A stretch of DNA of 63,180 nucleotides from an uncultured bacterium. GTDB lineage: Bacteria > Muiribacteriota > UBA9980. This document shows, piece by piece, positions 56,075 to 63,180 of this stretch (position 1 is the stretch's first letter; every line of letters begins with the position of its first letter). The translations under genes and the position numbers were made by a program. Location: positions 1-63,180 of the forward strand of contig CAZJFS010000006.1 in the NCBI GenBank assembly GCA_964545075.1, written 5' to 3'. The notes under the pieces are model-generated. The model was not told the origin of the DNA, searched no databases, and saw nothing but the letters and a program-made list of their open reading frames with translations.

Positions 56075-56818
56075 ATGGACTTTTTTTTCGAAGTACACAA
56101 CGATCTTCCCAGGGAAGCCCCGGGCAATAATCAATCCACAAAGAGGGCTTTAAAAATGATCCGCAATTTAACGCCGGATTCTAAAATACTCGATATAGGC
56201 TGCGGCCCCGGCCGCCAGACGATAGAACTGGCGAAAGATTCCGGCTGCCACATAACCGCGCTTGACAATCATCAGCCTTTCCTCGATAAACTCTCAAGAA
56301 AAGCCGCTAACGAAAAAGTGGCGGACAGAATAACGACAGTCAACGCCTCGATGCTCGACATGAAATTTGCGCCGAATTCGTTCGACCTGATATGGTCCGA
56401 AGGCGCCATTTACATATACGGGTTTGAAAAAGGCCTGCGCGATTGGAAAAGACTGCTCAAGGAAAACGGACATATAGTCGTTTCAGAATTATCATGGCTT
56501 ACGCCGGAAATGCCGGAAGAGCCTAAAAAATTCTGGGATAAAAACTATCCCGCCATGAAAAGCGTTAATGAGAACCTGAAAACGGTTGACGCCCTTGGAT
56601 ACAGCATAGCTGGAGTGTTCGCGATCCCGAATTCGGGATGGGAAGATTATTACGGCCCGATAGAAAAAAGGATACTGAATTTAAAAGAAACTTACGGCCA
56701 GGACCCCGAAGCCAAAAAAGTATTCGACAACGAAACCGCTGAGATCGAATTATATAGAAAATACAGCGAATATTACGGATACGTGTTTTATATACTGCGC
56801 GCCAATAAGACAAAATAA
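56075..56818 (+). CDS. Class I SAM-dependent methyltransferase
   Basis: ILDIGCGPG, FDLIWSEGAIY, LLKENGHIVVSE. Confidence 0.92.
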   Translation: MDFFFEVHNDLPREAPGNNQSTKRALKMIRNLTPDSKILDIGCGPGRQTIELAKDSGCHITALDNHQPFLDKLSRKAANEKVADRITTVNASMLDMKFAPNSFDLIWSEGAIYIYGFEKGLRDWKRLLKENGHIVVSELSWLTPEMPEEPKKFWDKNYPAMKSVNENLKTVDALGYSIAGVFAIPNSGWEDYYGPIEKRILNLKETYGQDPEAKKVFDNETAEIELYRKYSEYYGYVFYILRANKTK

Positions 56819-56874
56819 AATATATATTTTATCAGTGCCGTGCCGCTTTGAATTTTATAGCGGCCACGGCAAAT

Positions 56875-58281
56875 ATGGAGAATCAACCATTGCCGGAAGA
56901 ATTTATTTCCAAAAAAAAGTTATTGTGGCTGGTCTTTTTACTTTCTATTTCATATTTTCTGATTTTTATCGTAAGGCCCTGCGCGGTAATATATTTCGTC
57001 ACAAAAAGATATTTTCCGGTCGAAAAAGGCCTGAAATTACCTAAAAAGCAGTGCAACTGCTTCATGAAACAATTCGTCGGCTGGCCTATAGAGGATTTCG
57101 ACATAGCGACCGGCAGGACATCCGTCTTCGGCGCTTCGAGCTTTTCAATAGATATGCTGCACGACGAACCATATTGTTCCAAGAACAGCGACGCGATCGT
57201 TAAAGCCGGGCGCGCCATCTACGTGCGTCACGCGAAAGAGATCGATGAGCTTTTAAGAAATTACGATGAAATAATGGCTCAGCCGGTGCCCAAATACGAT
57301 TTTTCAAAACCTGAAAAAGATTTCCGCAAGAACGATCCATCCAATTGCCCCGCGATAGCGTGTTTAAGGCCCGTATCTCATTATTTTTATAACAGCGGCC
57401 GCAACGCGGACGTTATAAAGTTATGGCTTATAGTTTATAAATATTCTCAGATCGCAGCCAACGGCGACGGATATACGCCTGATGTTATAGGCTGTCTGGA
57501 CTTAGGAAGCTACTCGAATACTTCGATAGGCGGTTTCATGTTCTGGAATGCGCTTTTAAACGCCGATATGAGCGCCGCCGAATATAACGATATAGCCTCT
57601 AAAATAATGGCCGTCGACGCGGATTCTCTGCCTTTCGACGCTTATTTAAACCTCGATTTCGAGCTCACGTCCGAACACGTTAAAAACTTCATAAATATTT
57701 CATGCGCCGCTCTCTTTAAGTTCGAACGCAATTTCATATTAAAAATGGCGGCTGATAAATTAGCGGATGTTAAAACCGAATCCATCAGACTTTTTACAGT
57801 TTATGAAAAAAGGCCGTGCGAATTTTCAGAAAAGATCGACGCTTATTTCACGAAGCTGCGTTCCGGCAATTCCAATAACGGGCTGACGCAAAAGATATCC
57901 GCGAATTACGATTTGGTTTCAGATATGGCCGTTTCAATGTACATTCCACCCATCCTCAACCGCATCTACAGAAATTATTACTCGGCGGCGCGTCTTCGCG
58001 CGAGATCCGTCGCCATGATGTGCAAAGTTTTAGCGAAACACCGCGAAACCGGCAAATGGCCTGCGAATATAACGGAAGCCGCCTTAATGGCTAATGACAC
58101 CGTCCCCATAGATATTTTTAACAATAAACCCGACGAGCCTCTAATATTTAAAAACAATGGCGGAAAAATCATCTTATACTCCGCGGGTCCCGACGGCATT
58201 GATAACGGCGGAGATTTCAAGATCGATTCCTATATGGATGAAAAAAAGGATATGATGCTTTTTCAGATCAACAGGCTTTAG
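56875..58281 (+). CDS. Membrane-anchored hypothetical protein with GspG-like C-terminal motif
   Basis: N-terminal TM; C-terminal TGKWPANI..DIF..LYSAGPDGIDNGG. Confidence 0.65.
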   Translation: MENQPLPEEFISKKKLLWLVFLLSISYFLIFIVRPCAVIYFVTKRYFPVEKGLKLPKKQCNCFMKQFVGWPIEDFDIATGRTSVFGASSFSIDMLHDEPYCSKNSDAIVKAGRAIYVRHAKEIDELLRNYDEIMAQPVPKYDFSKPEKDFRKNDPSNCPAIACLRPVSHYFYNSGRNADVIKLWLIVYKYSQIAANGDGYTPDVIGCLDLGSYSNTSIGGFMFWNALLNADMSAAEYNDIASKIMAVDADSLPFDAYLNLDFELTSEHVKNFINISCAALFKFERNFILKMAADKLADVKTESIRLFTVYEKRPCEFSEKIDAYFTKLRSGNSNNGLTQKISANYDLVSDMAVSMYIPPILNRIYRNYYSAARLRARSVAMMCKVLAKHRETGKWPANITEAALMANDTVPIDIFNNKPDEPLIFKNNGGKIILYSAGPDGIDNGGDFKIDSYMDEKKDMMLFQINRL

Positions 58282-58451
58282 TTCGCGCATTTGCGGATAT
58301 CGGTCAAACATGACAGGTTCGTATTTTCCGATATCGACATCGAGGGTTCCTGCGTAAGCGCGTGGGCGCTTTAAATAATAAAAGGGCCCGGCTACGTGAG
58401 CGCGGTGTATTTGCTTCAGGAAAACGAATAATAAAGGAAGCGTGAAGTTTA

Positions 58452-59783
58452 ATGAATAAGAAAAACCTTGCTATTATAGCTTTTTTAGTCATCGCCATAC
58501 TTTTTTCAAGCGCGGCGGTTTTTGCGCAAACTATCATCCCGAAAGCTAAAGCCAAATGGACATTTTTAGTATTCATGAACGACGTCAACAACCTCTATCC
58601 TTACGGCCCGCTCACGATAAAACAACTGAAAAAAGTCGGGACGACCGGAGACGTCAATTTCGTCATACTGCGCGGATTTTTCTCGAAGAACCGACCTTCT
58701 CAGAAGCTTCTGATCAAAAAAGATGAGGTTGAAGTTATCGAGACGCCTGGAAAAGTGGACATGGGCGATTATAAAGAAATGGTAAAATTCGTAAAGTGGG
58801 CGCACAAGAACTTCCCCGCCGACCATTATCTCTTAGACATCTGGAACCACGGCGCCGGCTGGAAAAAAAGAGGAGAACGCACCAAAGGCATATCTTACGA
58901 CGATAATACTGGAAATCACATAACGACGGCCCAGCTCGGCGAATCAATGCGTTTAATAAAATCGATAATAGGCCATGAGCTCGACATTCTGGCTATGGAC
59001 GCATGCCTCATGCAGATGGCCGAAGTCCACCACGAAATTAACGGCAGCGTAAAATACGTTCTCGCCGCCGAAGAGATCGAACCGGGCACCGGCTGGCCTT
59101 ACGACATGGTCGCAGAAGCCGTTACAAGCCGCCCAGAAATGACGCCCGCCGATTTCGCGAAAGCCGCGGTGGCAGCCCATTTGAAATTCTACCTCAAAAT
59201 AAGGGACTCCGAAACCACTATATCCGCCGTCGATAATATAAGATACCATCTGGTTCACGCAAAAATTGAAGCCCTCGCGGCGGCCCTTCTTGAAAAGATC
59301 GGCGATACAGCCATTATCGAAGCCATTAAAAAGGTCGCTACCGGCGTTCAAATATTCGACGACGGCGACAATTGCGACCTCGCCCATTTCTGCAAACTCG
59401 TAAACGAGAATATAACCGACGAAAAAATAAATAACGCCGCACGCGAAGTCATTGAAACGCTGGTATCTTCACCGGCAAAGATCGTCATAGCTAACGCTAA
59501 CACTGGAAAAATCGAGGAAAACGCGGCCGGAATGTCCATATATTTCCCGAGAAATCCGATGGACCCCGAATATAAAAAGATCATCGCCTTCGGCAAAACC
59601 TCATGGGCGAATTTCATCGAGGCATATTGCGCGGCAAGAGGGAACTTCGTACCGGTAGCACCGGTCGCATTGGCAGCGCCGACCGCAACTATCACACCTG
59701 CCGCCCCGGCGGAAAAACCGTCAGCGTCAGGCATCGTCGGAATACCCGCGCCTGTTGAAGTTTCAAACAAGCAGAATAAGTAA
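58452..59783 (+). CDS. Secreted clostripain-family (C11) cysteine peptidase
   Basis: Signal peptide; WTFLVFMN..NNL, IWNHGAGW (His), GISYDD, AMDACLMQMAEV (Cys). Confidence 0.92.
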   Translation: MNKKNLAIIAFLVIAILFSSAAVFAQTIIPKAKAKWTFLVFMNDVNNLYPYGPLTIKQLKKVGTTGDVNFVILRGFFSKNRPSQKLLIKKDEVEVIETPGKVDMGDYKEMVKFVKWAHKNFPADHYLLDIWNHGAGWKKRGERTKGISYDDNTGNHITTAQLGESMRLIKSIIGHELDILAMDACLMQMAEVHHEINGSVKYVLAAEEIEPGTGWPYDMVAEAVTSRPEMTPADFAKAAVAAHLKFYLKIRDSETTISAVDNIRYHLVHAKIEALAAALLEKIGDTAIIEAIKKVATGVQIFDDGDNCDLAHFCKLVNENITDEKINNAAREVIETLVSSPAKIVIANANTGKIEENAAGMSIYFPRNPMDPEYKKIIAFGKTSWANFIEAYCAARGNFVPVAPVALAAPTATITPAAPAEKPSASGIVGIPAPVEVSNKQNK

Positions 59784-59813
59784 AATAAAAACCTTAAAAC
59801 TTATCGAAATTCA

Positions 59814-59842
59814 TTGACTTATTATAATAAAAAATATATAAT
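59814..59842 (+). promoter_or_regulatory. sigma70 promoter
   Basis: TTGACT-17-TATAAT upstream of the M4 peptidase. Confidence 0.7.
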
Positions 59843-59890
59843 CGTTTGATACGTAAGAAATTCCTCAATAAAAAACAGGGGGTTTATAGT

Positions 59891-61534
59891 ATGAAGAAGT
59901 TAGTTTTATCCTTGGTAGTCATCTCCTTGGTCCTTTGCGCGGGGTTCGCGTTCGCCGGCCAGAGCACCACAAAAGCTCTCGATTTCACGAAATTCAACGC
60001 AGCAAACGGAAACCGTTTCGACGTAGTTTATGACGAATCGGGAAACGTAAGAAACATGATGGCGAAAGACTCGGCCTTCTACTCAAAGAAAGGCACAAAA
60101 GCAGCCAGCGCGGTTAAGATCGCTACCGAATTTTTAACGAAAAACGCCGCCCTTTATAACATTTCGAACATTAACAACCTGAAAGTCTCAAAAATAGACA
60201 GATCAGAAAATATAACCCACGTAGTATTCGCTCATTTCATAAACACTAAAAAAGTCCTTGAATCAACGATATCGGTTCACGTTAACAACGCCGGCGAAGT
60301 CGTTATGGTAAACAACGGACTCGCTCAGGTTTCAGGCGGCTCCTCGATAAACGAATCGATCTCAAACGAAAAAGCCATCGAGATCGCTAAAAACAATATC
60401 AAATGCACCGCTACCAGAGCCAGAATAAACACCGACACGGTTATATACGGCAAAAACAATATCGCCGTTAACGCTATCGAAGTCGACATCCCTTCAAAAG
60501 AACCTCTCGGCGATTTCGTATGCATAATCAACGCCGTTGACGGAACTGTAATCGAAACAAAAGACATCATGAACCACGCTGACGCTCCCGTTGTAAATCC
60601 TCTCGGCTCGGTTTACGTTTCAAACCCTCTGAAATGCAACATCACGAACGAAGCCCTCACAAACCTCACATCGAACGGCAAAGGCCTTAAAGGCAAATGG
60701 GTTAACGTAGTTAACGAAGACACGACCGCCGCGGTTATCGGCGCCGATGGCAACTACATATTCGACCCGAACAACACGCATTTCGACGAAGTCAACGCAT
60801 ACTACTACATCAACACGATACACGACGAATTCGCAAAATTAGGCTTCACGGGCCTCGATCGCGCCATGAAAACAACCGTTCACTACGGAACGAAATATGA
60901 CAACGCATTCTTCTCACCAATGGAAGGCGCTATATCTCTCGGCGACGGAAATAAATTGAACGACCTCGCGATCGAAGAAAGCGTAAGCTACCACGAATAC
61001 ACGCACGCGGTAACCAATGAAATGGTTTCAATGCCTTACAGCAGCGAATCCGGCGCTATAAACGAAGCTTTCTCGGATTACTTCGCATGCACCGTTACCA
61101 ACGATCCCGAAGTCGGCGAATGGGCGGTTAAAAAAATGAACAGGCCTTATATCAGAACCTGCGCCAACAAAAACCATTTCCCCGAAGACATCCAGAACGA
61201 AGTTCACTATGACAGCTCGATCTATAGCGGCGGTCTCTGGGATTTCAGAACGGCTGTCGGCGCCGCGGTAACCGATAAAGTCATCCACAACTCAAGAAAC
61301 TACCTCAAAGGCATCAAAAACCAGAAATTCACGGATGGCGTAAACGCGCTTATCGCCGCTGATAAAGAATTCTTCGGCGGAGCTAACATTGACACGATCA
61401 AAAAAATATACGAAGCTCGCGGTATCAAACCTAAAACCGCTTCGAACCTTGAAGCTTTGAAATTCGACGCTATCAACGGCAACAAAGAAGCCGCTAAAAT
61501 GGTTTCCGATATCGAAAACGGCAACGTAAAATAA
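59891..61534 (+). CDS. Secreted M4/M36 (thermolysin-like) zinc metallopeptidase with FTP/PepSY propeptide
   Basis: Signal peptide; DNAFF, HEYTH, GAINEAFSD, EVHYDSSI. Confidence 0.9.
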   Translation: MKKLVLSLVVISLVLCAGFAFAGQSTTKALDFTKFNAANGNRFDVVYDESGNVRNMMAKDSAFYSKKGTKAASAVKIATEFLTKNAALYNISNINNLKVSKIDRSENITHVVFAHFINTKKVLESTISVHVNNAGEVVMVNNGLAQVSGGSSINESISNEKAIEIAKNNIKCTATRARINTDTVIYGKNNIAVNAIEVDIPSKEPLGDFVCIINAVDGTVIETKDIMNHADAPVVNPLGSVYVSNPLKCNITNEALTNLTSNGKGLKGKWVNVVNEDTTAAVIGADGNYIFDPNNTHFDEVNAYYYINTIHDEFAKLGFTGLDRAMKTTVHYGTKYDNAFFSPMEGAISLGDGNKLNDLAIEESVSYHEYTHAVTNEMVSMPYSSESGAINEAFSDYFACTVTNDPEVGEWAVKKMNRPYIRTCANKNHFPEDIQNEVHYDSSIYSGGLWDFRTAVGAAVTDKVIHNSRNYLKGIKNQKFTDGVNALIAADKEFFGGANIDTIKKIYEARGIKPKTASNLEALKFDAINGNKEAAKMVSDIENGNVK

Positions 61535-61570
61535 TCAATTAGCCTAAAAAAACAATAAACCCAAATAAAT

Positions 61571-61604
61571 AAAAAGGCCTTCCCTTAACCGGGAGGGCTT
61601 TTTT
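61571..61604 (+). terminator. Intrinsic terminator
   Basis: AAAAAGGCCTTCCC-ttaacc-GGGAGGGCTTTTTT. Confidence 0.8.
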
Positions 61605-61792
61605 ATTTCAGCCGCATCGATTTTTAATCTTCGAGTTTTCCAGACTTCGTGTGTTTTTTTATTTTTTCCTGCTTCTCTGCCCTCACCGGCGGCCTCAATC
61701 CAACCGCTGCATTTATAAAATATACGGTTTTTAAAGTTTCTCGCGTGCATATTAAATCTATTCAAAAGAGAATTTCTTCCGATATATTTTAT

Positions 61793-62191
61793 ATGAATAA
61801 CAATAAAATTTTTGTAATCGGCCGGCTCATGTTTTTAAACCTTATGTTAATGACCTCCATGACGATGCTTTTCGCGGAAGGATGCACCGGCAGCAGAAAT
61901 TCAGCCGTAAGCCTTGTCGAAGAAGAGCCGGTCGTCAAAGAAGCGACGCAGTTTCGATACAGTTCCTCTAAACAACCCAATCTAAACTTAAAGCCCATTT
62001 TTGATGAAAACTGCGCCAACTGCCACAACAGTGAAATGGAAACCAAACTGCCTCTGACGAACTATCTTCAGGTCTATACGGGCGGAAGCGTAGTGCGACG
62101 TTCGGTCCAGCCGGGCGGCTCGATGCAGCAATACATACCGTTCGAATACAGCAAGATCGTCGAATGGATAGAAGCGGGGATGCCTCAATAA
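61793..62191 (+). CDS. Exported monoheme c-type cytochrome (possible lipoprotein)
   Basis: LKPIFDENCANCHN (CxxCH), distal GGSM; hydrophobic N-terminus ending EGC. Start uncertain. Confidence 0.7.
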   Translation: MNNNKIFVIGRLMFLNLMLMTSMTMLFAEGCTGSRNSAVSLVEEEPVVKEATQFRYSSSKQPNLNLKPIFDENCANCHNSEMETKLPLTNYLQVYTGGSVVRRSVQPGGSMQQYIPFEYSKIVEWIEAGMPQ

Positions 62192-62192
62192 T

Positions 62193-63002
62193 ATGGAAAT
62201 TTTAAACTATTACCCTGAGACAAAATTAGCCGAATTGTTTGATTTTCTCGGTTTTGTGAGTATTTATGAAGACCGTGAAAGATCGAAGGCTTATTTTAAG
62301 CTGATGAATAAACACCGGAAAATTTTTAAGGACGCCGTAGTTATCGAAGCGGGCGCCGGTTTCGGCGAATTCTCGCAAAAAGCGCTCGATATGGGCGCAA
62401 AAAAACTATACGCGGTTGAAATTAATAAATACATGACGGATCTTTTAAAGAAGCGTTTCGGCAAAAACAAGAACGTGCGCGTCGTAAAAAAAGATTTTTT
62501 CGATTTCATGCCGGCGGAAAAGCGGGCGGATATTCTTATCCACGATCTTTACGGCCCGCTTTTATACGATGAAAGCCTCTATGCGCTTGAAAAATTAAAA
62601 TATCCCGTCGAAAATATATTCCCTAACGGCGGCCGGCTCGCTTTCGCCGTAGTCGATTCAAAAAAATTTACGGACAAAGTCATCGATTCCAGGGTGCTTA
62701 ATGAATTAAAAGGCGCACTGGTCAGCGATCTTTTCGATCCTTACGAAGGAAAATTCCCGTATGAAGCGACAAGCTGGACCGCGGCCGATGGACTAAAATG
62801 CAAAAACCCTGACATTAGCCAGGTCAAGGGAGATCTGCTGGTTTTCAGGCTGGAAATTTTCCATGACGGCAAATTCATATCTTCCGCTAGCGAATGCGAT
62901 AACTGGCCGATGGTCTGGACGCCGCGCGCCGGGAATCGATTCGAACTGATATTCAAAAGAAAAGGCATTTACTGCAATCCGTATTTCAAATGGGTCGGGT
63001 AA
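62193..63002 (+). CDS. SAM-dependent methyltransferase resembling protein-arginine methyltransferases
   Basis: EDRERSKAY..FKDAVVIEAGAG..GAKKLYAVE..ADILIHDLYGPLLYDE..IFP..CDNW. Confidence 0.7.
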   Translation: MEILNYYPETKLAELFDFLGFVSIYEDRERSKAYFKLMNKHRKIFKDAVVIEAGAGFGEFSQKALDMGAKKLYAVEINKYMTDLLKKRFGKNKNVRVVKKDFFDFMPAEKRADILIHDLYGPLLYDESLYALEKLKYPVENIFPNGGRLAFAVVDSKKFTDKVIDSRVLNELKGALVSDLFDPYEGKFPYEATSWTAADGLKCKNPDISQVKGDLLVFRLEIFHDGKFISSASECDNWPMVWTPRAGNRFELIFKRKGIYCNPYFKWVG

Positions 63003-63066
63003 CGGATCTTTAAAGTCTCTCGAAATGATCTTTTAATTTCGAATAAGCGCAATCAAATTTATTATT

Positions 63067-63180
63067 TTACGCTCCAATCTTTGCCGTTTTTTTCATAATT
63101 TCCATTCGTCAGAACTTTTTCGCCGTCCGCGACCACGTAATCGGTGGGGCCATGCATAATGTTATTTATGTTTATAACGT
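63067..63180 (-). CDS. C-terminal end of a gene running off the window (possibly amidohydrolase)
   Basis: Open frame VINININNIMHGPTDYVVADGEKVLTNGNYEKTAKIGA-stop; DYVVADGEKV resembles amidohydrolase C-termini. Confidence 0.4.

Noticed and set aside
58290-58435. Coding-like fragments upstream of clostripain
   Set aside because: Interrupted by stops, with no identifiable homology.
1-63180. CRISPR array, rRNA, tmRNA, SRP RNA, IS elements
   Set aside because: No regularly spaced repeats, RNA signatures, transposase motifs or terminal inverted repeats found by eye.

Overview
Bacterial chromosomal window, mostly minus-strand in its first half, with no CRISPR array, intact integrase or transposase visible. 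Housekeeping genes include acyP (partial), lysS, apt, recJ, add, malQ and tRNA-Leu(CAG). The main locus is a bacterial microcompartment (BMC) operon of the sugar-phosphate-utilisation (SPU) type at 8504-15728. It encodes 2 BMC-H, 2 BMC-P, RpiB with an encapsulation peptide, a multidomain DeoC with an encapsulation peptide, an unusual fusion of a catalytically dead DeoC-like domain to an aldehyde:ferredoxin oxidoreductase-like domain, and DeoB. It has no acylating aldehyde dehydrogenase or phosphotransacylase. A second unexplained operon (42856-46174) couples an orphan TctA/DUF112 permease to two membrane-anchored Zn-ribbon/double-OB-fold proteins. Signals missing from the ORF track include a sigma54 promoter driving a 54-aa ORF, a group IIC intron 5' remnant after a terminator, and a clostripain gene fragment beside the tRNA. 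A bacterial PRMT-like methyltransferase lies near the right end. The window is rich in secreted hydrolases (3x M23, C25, C11, M4, SH3b-NlpC/P60-like), TPR/HEAT proteins and pilin-like proteins. All family calls come from motif recognition by eye; no database search was run, and taxonomy is not assigned.
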